Source: Botryllus schlosseri
Lineage: Eukaryota
Direction of reading: 5' to 3'
Length of the DNA stretch: 64,000 nt
Assembly (NCBI GenBank): GCA_051294905.1
Contig: CM119373.1
Coordinates: 1-64,000, forward strand
The first letter of the stretch is position 1, and each line of letters begins with the position of its first letter. Below, one piece after another: positions 49,301 through 61,817 of the stretch. The notes below the pieces were generated by a model, which saw only the letters and a program-made list of their open reading frames with translations, was not told the DNA's origin and ran no database searches. A program made the translations under genes and the position numbers.

Positions 49301-51870
49301 GATTCTTTATTTCCAATCATCACTACCTCTGCAACGCTTGCCAGTCTTCATATACTGCAATTTTGTGCCCTGCCCTCTCCATGTATTGCATAGAAAAAAC
49401 AATTTGACTGTATTACCAAAATTTCAAAAATTTACTACAATGTCCCCATTTTTAATTGAGGGGTGGGTTGCTCCACGGATTATGTGTATATTTAACAATT
49501 TTACTGCGAATAAAGAAAATAATGATACTAAGTAATGCTTTTACAGTTATATCCTCACAGCAAAGTAGTATTTGAAATTAGAATTGTGACGTCATATGAC
49601 TCCAGATATTTGCTTTCACTATCGAAGGTACTTTCACACATCACGGTTGACCTACGTTCCCGACCATATCAATAATAATCTTCTAGGCCAGTGGTTCCCA
49701 ACCTTTTTCGACTCATATCCCCCTTTTGAAGCTCCAGACCGATCATCGCCCCCCAAATATTGGGAACTGGAAAAGGTCAAATTTTCGGCTCGACCTCAAA
49801 ATTACACTTTTAAAGCTAAATTTTCGTTGGGGTGCCTATGGACAATTGAAAATAAATATATCGAAGTTTTCGGTCAGCACAAGGGCATTCCTTTTCGGCC
49901 AAGGTCTTCTCGCTGCTGATCGTTCTGGCACACTTCTCGGAGTCGTATGTTACATGGCCTATAACTTCATATGTCTTGGAGCGTTGTGGCGCAGTAATGG
50001 CCGTCGTCGAAGTCTTGATTTCCATAAATCATGCGTATTGTTGAAGGGGATCGGGTACCCCAAAATCAATATACATTACAATATTAAATCGCACACAGCG
50101 CGAAATTCTTTTGAAAAAGTTTGAAGAATTTCTAAAAAAATTACTCCATAATTTATGTTAATTCACAAAATAATTTTGGGCCCCTCCGAGTTCGCCCCCA
50201 AAATTGGGGGTTTTGGGTGCGGCAGTTACTGTCCTGGCTTCATGTAGCCGTTTTAACGCGCCATCGCCCCCCTATCCCCCCCTCCGTTGTTTTCGCCCTC
50301 TTCGTCCGTTTTCGCCCCCATATCGCCCACTTCCGTATTTTCGCCCCACCCCCCCGATACCGCCAAATCGCCCCCTGGGGGGCGATATCGCCCACGTTGG
50401 GAGCCACTGTTCTAGGCTTTCCTGACATCCCGAGTATTCAAACGAAGTGAGAAACCGTATTACGGCGTGAGTTACAGTATTATATATGCGCGCTATGTAT
50501 GCAGACAGCATGAATCATAAACATATATACCAACCTACATCCTTTTCCAGGTGCAGATAAGCCAAACCTTCACAAATCAGCTGCAGAATCGTTAGAGGAT
50601 ATACCTGTGCCTCGTCTGGTGTATCCTTGATAAACTGATGCAAAAATATTGCTTCATTGGGCAAAGACAGGAAAAGGTATTACTAAGCTATTAAGTCTGC
50701 CAATATAAAGCTGTTCCTGATTCCTTGACGGAGGTCCAAATTAGAGGTCGACTGATATTGATTTTTACAGGCCGATGCCGATACCGATATATCGGAACAC
50801 TCACAAGGCCGATACCGATATCATAGGCCGATATTAATATGGAAGGAGCAGAGAACAATTTCACCAAAAATATTATATATTAGGCAAAATGGCACTTGCT
50901 CATGCCACAGAAAGCTGAACAACAAACGAGAAAACTGAAATTGAAAAGAATTATTACTTAAATGAGCACATTCGATGAAATTTGGGATAACCCAAAATGC
51001 GAAGCATGATACAGAATTGCAGATCAGTCCAGAAAAGGGAGATTGTATTGCAGGAAGCATAGTTTCTCTGCATGCTTACCCAGTTAAACTCGTCCTGCAT
51101 GAGTAAAACTGACATATATCGCCCTTTGTGTCGTCGATTTCTTGAGATTGAGAACACGGAGTATTGAATGTCCGAATTTTTTGAATTTTGCTCCAAATAT
51201 AAAATATCGGCCGCGATATCGGCCTTCATAGGCCGATATCGATAATCGGCAAAGGACTAAATATCGTCCTCGATAATCGGTCATGTCGATAATCGGTCGA
51301 CCTCTAGTCCAAATACCATTGCTTTACTGATTGCATCCAATTATTTGTCTTTAGTGGGGATATTTAATATCATGCCAATATACCGGCGAGAATAAAATTA
51401 TGAAATAAATTACCTTCGTCAGGGTGTACTCGCACTTTTCAAGTACAATATAGAACACACCTTCACGTTCATCTTCATCCTACAATATCAATGACCTATT
51501 TGAAATTGCTTTCAATTCGTCACGGAGCAAATAATTACCATGCAGAGATAGCGGACAATGTTTTTATGATCGCATTCACGGAGGAGATCTAGCTCCCTTC
51601 TATCAAAACGCTCGTCGATATCTTGTTCAATTGCTTTCACGGCAACATCTTTGTGATCATATATTCCACTGTAATGAACGTGATTCGTACAAACGCACGA
51701 TTAATTATAGATGGGACCGCGACCTACGATAAGTATCGTAGGCCCCGATCAGACACTTACAAGTACACTTTGGTTCCGTACATCCCTTTGTACGTCGGTT
51801 TCCACGGTATCTCGATAGCTTTATGCGAACCAACAAGATGCATCTCTGGCGAGATTTTCGGGAAATACAT
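46354..51870 (-). CDS. IRE1/RNase L-like Ser/Thr kinase plus KEN ribonuclease domain; multi-exon, 5' end not resolved
   Basis: Exons translate to GMYGTKVY (~51763-51870), GIYDHKDVAVK..RELDLLRECDHKNIVRY (~51539-51668), FYIVLEKCEYTL (~51413-51481), LICEGLAYLH (~50540-50650), HRDLKPCNIL..KISDFGIS..GTTGYMSPE (~48233-48440), ADIFSLGVVFYYV..KRP..HHLFW (~47879-48143), KVSD..DLLRVIRNL (~47617-47817) and HHIHEKP..FTSRF (~46476-46641). The probable stop is at 46354. Confidence 0.85.
49689..50409. mobile_element. hAT MITE in an intron of the kinase gene
   Basis: cagtggttcccaac / gttgggagccactg; TSD TTCTAGGC on both sides. Confidence 0.85.
50742..51306. mobile_element. hAT MITE (gccgata-rich subterminal repeats) in an intron of the kinase gene
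   Basis: tagaggtcgac / gtcgacctcta; TSD GTCCAAAT on both sides. Confidence 0.88.
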
Positions 51871-51932
51871 ATTTATTAGTCCAATTTGACACAGCGCGCG
51901 TATGGTTAATCATTTCATACAATAGTGTAAGG

Positions 51933-53448
51933 CAGTGCTTTTCAACCTTTTTGTGCTCCATTCGCACTTTAAAAAAAAATTATTGCCACAAACTAACAGA
52001 AAATTGCCATACAAAAAGAAGTTGAAGAAGATACTTAACAACATTTTGTTCAGATGTGCCACAAATTAGCTATGTAGCTCGAGCTACAAAGTGTCTCAAT
52101 AAGAAGGCAAATTTTTTCGCTCGTTCTGATTACAACTATTTCACTAAAATCCTCGACCAAACAAGTTGTTGCAGTTTGTACAAGAACATCTACTAGTGCT
52201 TGGATGTCCAGGTCTTACAATCTGTTCTGCACTCTTATCCAAAATGCAGTATTTTTCTCGAGAGTGAATAATGCTTGCTGGCAGAAATCGTTTCTGAGAG
52301 CTGTCCCAAAGGTCCTGGAGGCTCCAGTTTTTCGATAGGGTGAAAAGAGGCGATTTCAAATTATGGTGTATCAAATTCATCTGCGTGTCGCAGATGTAGG
52401 CTACTACTGTAACTACTGCCTATTCAGATTGCAAGAACGGAACTATTCCGTGCCCGCAACGGAGCATATCCATATCGAAAGGTTCGACCATCCAGTATCG
52501 GTCATTTTTTGGTCAAGTTTTCTTCGGCGCTCATGTTTTTTGGACCGGATTTTAGCAGCGGTTTGTTGGCCAAACTTCACGTCTTCATGTGCTCCGACGC
52601 AGAATTGGTTGGCCTCGAAATGAATGAGTCTAATCGGGCTGAGCTTTTTCGTTGCTCACCATTACACTAGTTAATCCCAACGTTCTTCGACCATGTTTTC
52701 CCGAAAAACTATCCTGAATTCCCGTGATGAAGCCATATTTTCTGCGTGTCTCGCTTATTGGCTACAGTACCAAACACGGTGACCTTGGATATGTAAAAAC
52801 TATCGCAGGATTTTTTGCAATACATTCAAAGAATAATACATATATATATATATAACAGATAGCACTTGCACCATGTCGGCCCAAATTGATACCCTTTACG
52901 GTCCATACTTAAACCTTGAAGGGGTAAAAATTTCCGTTACAGTAACTTGCAAATATGAGTCTGTAATGATGGTGTTTACCAATATCCTTGTGCATCGCGC
53001 TAATCGAAAAGTTACTACGAAAATATGATATTTGTTTAGCGAAAGAAAGGATATAGTCAATTTGGCGTCATTTTCCCAGCGTGTCGGAGGCTCAGACGGG
53101 CTGATATAATGTATGTCCGCCACTGCACCAGCTTCCAAATCAGGATTCTACTCACGCAATAATTATAAAGCGAAAATAATAATTCACTACGGCTTGTGAG
53201 AGCAACAATTAGTGGTGTCTCGAAAGCTAAACGAGTTTTTACAATTGCGTCTCAACTACAACAGTTACACTGCTCTCAAATTTTTTATTGGGTTTATTTG
53301 AATTATTCCACGCCAGAAAAATTAGGAATCATTCACGATTTCTATTCGCACTCATCCGGGTTTTTCATTCGCACCACCTTCGTTATTTGCACTGCAATTT
53401 TTTTTTATTCGCAGAAGTGCGAACCGTCACACTGGTTGAAAAGCACTG
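51933..53448. mobile_element. Non-autonomous hAT element, ~1.5 kb
   Basis: cagtgcttttcaacc / ggttgaaaagcactg; TSD GTGTAAGG on both sides. Confidence 0.88.
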
Positions 53449-53565
53449 GTGTAAGGAATACCCGAGCTTTAAGGTAATTCAAATAGTTAAATGCGATAAT
53501 ATTGAATGTAGGATCAGGAAAGAGATCCAAGCTACAATATTAAATAACCGCGATCACAATGAGAC

Positions 53566-54106
53566 GGTGGCGAGATAGCACAGTGGTATAATCTACGACT
53601 GCAACACCAATGGGTGCGGGTTCGAGTCCGACCGAGGTCGACTTCCGAATTCCGATATCTAAGTGTTGGAGGTTTACCTAGGCTCCTCCTCGCCACATCA
53701 TCCGCGTCAGCGATGTCTTACAAAAGCGTAGAGGTGGGCCGCGCTATAAGTCGGCAGTTACGGAAAATACAAAGAACATCGGCCTGGTGTAAATGACCAT
53801 AGTAGTCGACAAACACCATGAATACCCAAAAAAAAAAAAAAACTGCAACACCAATGGGTTTGCGACTTCGAGTCTGACCGAGGTCGACTTCCGAATTTCT
53901 ATACTTAAGTGTTGGAGGTTGGTCTAGGTTCCTCCTCGCCACCACATTCGCGTAAGCGATGTCTAACGAAAGGTCTAGAAGTGAACCGATCTATAAGTCG
54001 GCAGTTACGGAATAAAAATCATGATTATAGTCGTGGTGTAAATGACCATAGTAGTCGAAAAACACCATGAATACCAACAACAACAACAACAACAACAACA
54101 ACCACA
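53566..54106 (+). mobile_element. Two tandem tRNA-derived SINE copies (full ~53566-53842; 5'-truncated ~53843-54106)
   Basis: A-box tagcacagtgg, ctgcaa anticodon-like loop and B-box ggttcgagtcc. Shared body ends gtaaatgaccatagtagtcg..caccatgaatacc, followed by an A-tail or a (caa)n tail. A 3' fragment also lies at ~32240-32368 and in its inverted copy. Confidence 0.75.
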
Positions 54107-55868
54107 AGGATACATCTTGCGGAATCCAAACATCTACTTTTATGCCTGCCATAATAGCTGGCGACATTGTAAAACGGCCTAGGCCTACTATACTTTTTCA
54201 TGTCATCTTTGTGGAAAATATTCCGCCGAATAGGAGGACGAGACATCAAGCATGACGACCATTTAATATTCTTATTAGTTCGAATCAACTTGCCTAAACT
54301 GCATAATATGACAGTAAATAAATATTGGGCATAATACGCGCTTACAGACTGTCATAGATGTATGTTGTAAATGCGATGCGTCGGAACATATTTTCTGTTT
54401 GATTCTATCAATGACAGGCAGTCACGCACAAATTCGTGGACTCAGTGAGATTACTACCAAGTGTCGGAATCAAGTCACAAGATTTTTTTGACAGAGTGCA
54501 CAGCGATGGGCTATACTAACCATAGGTTATATGAGCTGAAACAGACCATATGGGCATTAAGCTACACCTGACAAAAATTAAAACGGTAGAACTCTGCTGC
54601 TCCAGAGATATGTACGCGCATGAGTAGCTATACTCGACACATATTTTGGTAATCTTAGATTAGGCAACATTATGAAATTACATAGTAAAGTTGTCACATA
54701 ATTGTACCATATTCTAATTTTTAACTGATTCCCTGGTTGATTTATCATTTTGTGATAGGGTAAATCAATTTACTTTGCTCTTCTCTTCGAGTCCTTTCGT
54801 TCTCCAAGTCACATCGTGAACCTTCTGCATTGCTATCAGATTGAATGCCTGCAAGTGAGTAAAGGTTCGACCATCAACTTGCAAAATGATCATAATTACT
54901 TTCGAAAGACGGAATATATTCAATGCGCCATTTTGCAACACAGTAGCACGGTATCCGACAAAAAGATGGTAGACGTGGATATATCGCTACTCATTATCTC
55001 GGAATATAACAAACTCCCAAGATACACCAGATAGGACTTCATGCTTCGCATGAGAAATTCAGATAAGAATTGTCACGACAATAGACTATTTTTGCATTTA
55101 TATGAATACGTCTGTATGTGCTGATGAGATTAATAGTCATCGGATTTTATAGTAGGCTAATAAAGCCTACATTCCGTTGGAATGGTGACAGCAAAATCCC
55201 GTCGTGTCGTGCACTCTTAGCGGAAAGAGCATGTATTTCCACCCTTGTACCACTCCTGATAAACGGGTGTGAATATACACCCATGTCACACGAAACCATA
55301 GGACCTATATCAGAGTTAGACCGCGGTATAAATCGAGGCAAACATTTTAATCTAATGTATACACGCACGTGTGGACGTAGGATTCATGACAGCAACATAA
55401 TTCTGAGTCAGGTTCTGTCTTCGTGTAACACCCTTCCCAGCCCTTTGGGTGTGAACACACACTCTCTTCGTCAAGAGAGTGGACCCGTGTCCACAAGACA
55501 TCAAAGTAATATACGTGAATGAAGTCTAAGTACGTAGGAGAAGGATACACGAAGGGTATACATTACGCAACCTTTTGAAGTAGGATTAAACATCAATAAC
55601 ACGTCGTATAAACAATCGCTCCACGTTGTAGTAGAAGGTAAAAATATGAAATTACATATTGAAATTTTCTCAACATTGCATCGTTTTCAAGTAATTCCCG
55701 GGTTGGTTAATCATTTGTAACAGTATGCATTAATTTACTTCGTTCTCTCCTTTGAGTATTCTCGTTCGACAAGTCACATGATGGTCGACTTGTTGTACTG
55801 CCGTCAGGTTGAATGCCTGCAAGTAAGTAAAGTTGCGACCATCATCTTGCAAAATGACCATATTTACC

Positions 55869-56689
55869 ATCAAAAAAGATATCATCTCGTATTTTCTCCG
55901 CAGTTGGTCGTTTTTCCGGATCACGCTCCAACATACGTTCAAGCAGATCTATAAGTTTGCTCCTCTTTGAAGGGTGATCGGGAAAAGTTGGGATCATAGA
56001 TAAATCCCGCCCCTTACTTTCCTTTATGTTTACAGCCCATCTGTCTCGGTCCGACCCGAATGGGTGATGTCCATGCGTAACGATGAAATAGGCAACGATT
56101 CCCATGGGATAGATGTCTGCTCGATATCCAAGCTCCTCTACATTTTGATATGTCTCTGGTGCCCTATATCCATTGGTCCCAGCATCTGCGTTTGTTACTG
56201 GAACCTTGGTTGCGTCGTCAGGGATTTCTTTGCTGATTCCAAAATCTGATACCCTGATGCTTCTATTATCTTTCGATATGAGGACATTGCTAGGCTTCAA
56301 ATCTCTATGCGCAACGCCGCGTTGATGCATATGTTCGATCGCCATCGCCAGTTGAAGGAAGAAAGTTACGGCCACCTGGAGGTCAGGCTGACTCTGTTTA
56401 ATATACTCATAAAGGTTTTGCGAACATAGCTCCATTGCCAAGTATATCTTAGGGATGGTTTCTTCTATGGTTCCTGAACAAAAAATTCCTATGATATATT
56501 GGTGCTTCTCCAGCTTTAATAGGAAATCAATCTCCTTATCGTGATCTTTTGTCTTCTTCACAAGTTTAATTGCGACATCCTGCTTATTTTTATTCGCATG
56601 TAGCTGATATCCCATGTAAACCTCTTTCCCTTCGCATATTGGGTTACGAGTGTCCATGTGTAAGTTGCTTCTGGGAATCTCTTTCCAAC
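55869..56689 (-). CDS. IRE1-like protein kinase domain on a single large exon (no KEN follows directly)
   Basis: ORF 55842-56657: VAIK, HRDLKPSNVL, SDFGISK, GTNGYRAPE, ADIYPMG..THGHHPFG, KRPT. tttcag acceptor at ~56690 and probable donor after FFDG. Small flanking exons at ~55739-55816, ~57697-57729 and ~57822-57927. Confidence 0.85.
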
Positions 56690-59393
56690 CTGAAATTTAT
56701 TAACTGTACTCGACGATTTTTTTACGACCTAAACTTTCTTCATGATCAATCATACACTTCTAAACCGCCTGTTTGGTTCCCGCCCAGTTCGGGAACCACT
56801 ATGTTTTAGACGCTTTGGTATGGTTATGCGTAGAATTGGTTAAAGTATTAATTGACGGAGCTTCATCATATCAGAATAATTGGAATCGCCATAAAACCGA
56901 TTGATAAATCCGGAACGGGGCGAGTTTCCATAGATAGTCCCCGTTTGATGGTAATAATACCAATAGCTTTTGAACTCGCATTGTTCATCATAGTTTTCTG
57001 AATCGAGATATTCTCGGTAATCAGTTCGATACATCGAACTAATATGAAAATATGCGACGCCTCGTCTCCATCTAAATTTCCAAATGACTTGCTCGATTAC
57101 TTATCAAAACTGCTATTTTCATTTTGACTACGATTCCACACATCTCGATTAATAGCGGATTACACATAATTTATCCTATTCATGAGGGCCCAAATGGAAC
57201 TTCCTTGAGTGCTATACTGTATGCATCAAGTTGTACGAGAAGGCATTACGTTTCATATTACTGGTAGCCTATATTCCAACCACATCGTACTCATATCGTC
57301 ATGTATGACTAATGACTGTCCTGTCCATGCTGACAGAGAGTTTGTATCAACTCACTATAGTTGAAGTGACTATGAACAGCAAGTGCACGTTTTCGGTAAG
57401 CCTTTCATTCATTTATTTCCAGCCAAATCATTTATTCGGGTTGATTGCTCTTACATAAATGCATAATTGTACATGATTAAACTTTTTACTCCTGCATAAC
57501 GGAAATGCCGGTTGGTCAATGCCGTTTTCCGGATTGCGGATTCAAGACTGCTGAAACAAAAGCTGCCATCGCCACCACTGAGTTGAATATTCAATCTTTG
57601 ATGCAGCTTACTTATGCAGCTTAATCATTTATTCCAGTTGATTACAATTAAATTAATGGATAATTGTACACTAATGACAAGCGTCAAGGTACTTACCGTC
57701 TTCTGATCGCACATTCTCTTGTTCTTCAGCTGAAAATAAAGCATATTCACATGTACATATATTCAATGAGTCTCTAATTTGATGTATTTCAAGATCAATA
57801 CAGTGCACGTTTCAAAGCTCACCTCCGAACGTATCATAGATGATAAATTGGTCTCCTCCAACAACGTTCACGGTGCTATTTGTAAATCTGTGAGTGATTT
57901 GTTCTCCTTCGGCCAATGTTGAAAGTCCTGTTGGTAATAAGAAACCAGTATTTGATGATTACCATCGTGTATTTCTAATAATCATGAATACCATAAGTGA
58001 CGGTCCGTAAAATTCGTGATTGCGAAGTTATATTGCCTTAGTACAGGGGTCTCAAACTCAAATGTGCTCTCGGGTTAATTTCCAATTTCTGATGACGCTG
58101 CCAACCGCAGCATCGATAATGATAGGAGTATTCAATGTCTTTCCAAGTAGGTCTTATTTGAGGGGATAAAATTTTCCGATGGAAAGTGAGCCGACCCAGC
58201 AGACTGACATTCCACGAGCATCGCTAACATGTGATTTACCGCTATGGAAATTTACGCCGGGCACTACAAAATCACATTTATAATTGTTATACTTGGTGGA
58301 GCAGTGGTTCTCAGCCTTTTTTTGTTCGTGAACCCCTTTTGGACCGTCACGGACCCGAGCATTTCCTTCGCGATTTCGTTCAAAATTAGCTCAACTATCG
58401 TGCAAACCTCATTTTTCATGTGCAAATATTAACTGTTGGCTTGTAATGAACAAACAAAAAATGAGTTTACTTGAAAATGACACCATACAATAATAAAAAT
58501 CGGGTAGACTTAAATTTTTTCGAAAGCAATTTTGCATCGATATATATTGTCTTCAAAATCCACGTCTTGGATTTGATATGAACGAATGTCGAAAATCCAT
58601 TTTGAGAAAGATAGGTGGTGGCAAAATTCATATTAACGCGTAACTCTTTCGACGAAATGTTTTAGTGTGATCGCAACATTTATAGCATCAGAATTGAGAG
58701 ACAACGTTTTTAATGAACATACCACGACCACCCTAGCCATTTCTATCAAGCATCTCGTTCTGAAGTTATTCTGGACTAGTGGCTATGTAGCGTGCGCAAT
58801 TATTACTGCACCGTAGAGGTTGCCATCTCGGAGAATGCCACACTTAAGGATCCATTTTGAGCTGTCAATGGACATTTGCCATTCACTTGTGTTGCAAGTC
58901 GGAATTTTAAATACCTTCAATAACCCCTGATATCAGTATCATGCCAATGTCAGTATCATGGCAATAGCCTACACAAAGCTACCGAAAGTAGGCCACGATA
59001 AAAGGGCTGTTTCTCGAGGATTGAAAGTGAGATATGGCTTGTCTATCCGGCCAAGTAATGTTTTCGCACTTCGTGAGGATGTTAGAAGTTCTGAAGATTT
59101 TTATTCCAAATCCCAAAGCGAATGTCAGATCATTAACTTGCGTTGATGGACTACTCTACTTTCTGAATCATCTTCAATTTCTAAATCTCAATGATTACGC
59201 CTACTCTCTCTAAGATCATCATCGTGATCGAAATCATCGAGCGTATAGGAGTTAAGTCACACTGAATCAGCTCAATGAGTCATTGGACATGTAGCTGACA
59301 GTAAATGTGACGTTTATTTATATTGCCCTATCCTGCAGTTTTCATCAAATATGTGTCTACAATTTCCTTGGATGATTACATCCTCTAACACAG

Positions 59394-60210
59394 CAGGGGT
59401 GTCAAACTCAAATTGCGTCACGGGACGGATTCAAGCCTTCAAATCGCCCGCGGGCCGGACATGGAACCAACTGATTCCAAAATGTAACCTTAGTCCCCTG
59501 CTGTTCACTTGCATACTTTAATATCAAGCCTATATAGATATTAATACACGGCTCATACGGGTTTTATTCCAGCAAGTCGCAACACCTTTATTTGTGAACA
59601 ATGGAACAGACAAAAATACTATGATTGACAGGTTGTTTACAGTTAAGAAACGATAAAACAGTGGCGCTAACGACGATATAAGTTGGCATATATATATATG
59701 TGTTCCGTTTGCTGTAGTCGTAATCTGGCGTTATCCCAGCGTATATATGCTATGTGGAATACAAGATATTTAACGGTAAACGAGGACGATGGAATTTGGA
59801 TTATTGTCATTAAGTCGCAAGTCGGGTTTCTCTAAGAGTCTAAAGTCCGGGGAACTATTGGATGGGAAGGGAGATAACAGTGCTATCACAAATATTTGAA
59901 ATATATATTTCTGTAACTAATATATTTTTCCTGTAAACTGCATACAATGGTTCCACATTGGCGTGCTGTGCACTTTTGCCTTCTCGAATTAGAGAGTGTA
60001 AAGCCACAACGCCATGGTCGGGTAATTATAATGTGTCCTATGAACATGCTCGACATTTGCTGTCTAGAGGGAATATTTAGTGAAGTTATTTCCTGCAAAA
60101 TATTTTAAAATTTGTTGCAAATGTGCTGAATTATATAACAATTTTTCAATCGACGCAAAATTGCTTCGCAGGCCGGATGCGACCCGCGGGCTATATGTTT
60201 GACACCCCTG
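59394..60210. mobile_element. hAT-type MITE
   Basis: caggggtgtcaaac / gtttgacacccctg TIRs; TSD not clean. Confidence 0.65.
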
Positions 60211-61177
60211 CTTTAACCAAAAATGAACTAAAGTCTCGGCTTGGATCGTTACCAGTACCTATTGCCTAATCTTTCAATTGCCTCCTTTGATATAGAACTT
60301 AATGTCGGATGTCTGTAAGGTACAGAAAGCAATATGGATAAAATCGTTAAAATTTGCATATTTTAGGCATATGTTGCAAAGCAAAACTTTGACGTGCTAG
60401 AAGAAAACCAGCGGCATATTTGGCCGTATACCAAAATTAGCCTAAATCAAGTGCAAAATCTATGTCAACAAATTTTTCGTTCAAAATTATTGCCTAGTGA
60501 ATCTAGTACTATCCAATATCAAATCAATAAAGAATGGACGGTCACTCAATCTAACTGCACCATATCACTACTCTAACCCTAACCCGAGAAGCAATGCTCT
60601 GCACATCGAATGATGGTAGTAACATCCCGCACATTTCAATCAATATTTTGGATTTTTTAAAAGAAACAGTTACGTGAGTTATTGGTCTGTGACAAATATT
60701 TCCTGTTTTATTTTTTGGGGTGGAATAAAATGAGGTCGAAGTGCAGGGCTTGTATCATGTCATATGACGGCACATCTATTTTTCAATACCATGGTCGAAT
60801 GGAATTTTTGCTGTTTGATTACAAATTCTACGAAGCGGGGACCGATGATACACCATAGCCAAGTCAAGCAAAATATTTCTATCAAATATTCATGTAATAG
60901 CATAAACATGTACATACAGAGAAACCTAGTGGTATAATTACCTGTGGTTTTTAATATTGTTAATATTATTGAAAGTTTTTAGTGGCATTATTCACCTCTC
61001 ACAGTCTTGTATGCCACAGTCGCATATAAATTTCGGCAAATTCATGAAAACGTCACTCAGATAAATCTATTACTGGATAGAGCAAATTCTGGGTTAGGTA
61101 ACATATCACAAAGAGTAAAATGGAGGATGAGCCTAGAACACTCGCGCAGGAATCTGCCATGCAATTTATGTTTCGGA

Positions 61178-61817
61178 CAGGGTCGTAATGATTCGAGTCA
61201 TGACTCGACTTGGGTCCGACTCGAGTCCCGATTTTCTTATGACTCGACTTGACTCGAGTCATTTTCTCAAATTACGTAAATGACTCGACTTGACGCAGTC
61301 ATTTTCTCAAATTGACTCGACTCGAGTCACGATTTTTTGATGACTCGACTTGACTCGAGTCCTTTTCTCGACTAAACTCGATTCAATCTGCGTATTGACT
61401 CGACTTGGACTAAAGACATTGCGCATGACTCGAACCAAGTCATTTGACTCGATACTCAGACGGCCAAGACCGACATTTCATTGTAATTTCGAAGAATAGT
61501 ATTATAAAGACACTATTGGGATTTCATCTGTTGGTACTGGTACTTGAAAATGCGACCAGAAACTGCTAAAAGTGAGGAAAATTCGATATCACCAAATAGA
61601 GTTATAAAAGGTGGATTTGACAAGACTTTAACTGGTAACTGAGCAGTCAACACAATGACTTGGATTCGGGCTCAAGTCATATTACCATGACTCCGAATCG
61701 ACCCGCCACTCGCTGACTCGGACTTGACTTGACTCGGTGGGGAATCGAAAATAACTCGACTTGACTCGAGTCAAATCTATAAAAGTGAGATAGACTTGTG
61801 ATTTGGTTACAACCCTG
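61178..61817. mobile_element. gactcgagtc-rich hAT-type MITE
   Basis: cagggtcgtaa / ttacaaccctg; TSD GTTTCGGA / GTTCCGGA (7/8). Confidence 0.8.

Noticed and set aside
53566..53640. Functional tRNA-Cys gene
   Set aside because: Acceptor stem does not pair well, and it runs into a repeated body with a simple-repeat tail, so it is a SINE head.
57822..57927. RHIM/amyloid-like motif (TVNVVGGDQF) in an upstream exon of the kinase locus
   Set aside because: Does not match the (I/V)Q(I/V/L)G core and is too short to support without a profile search.
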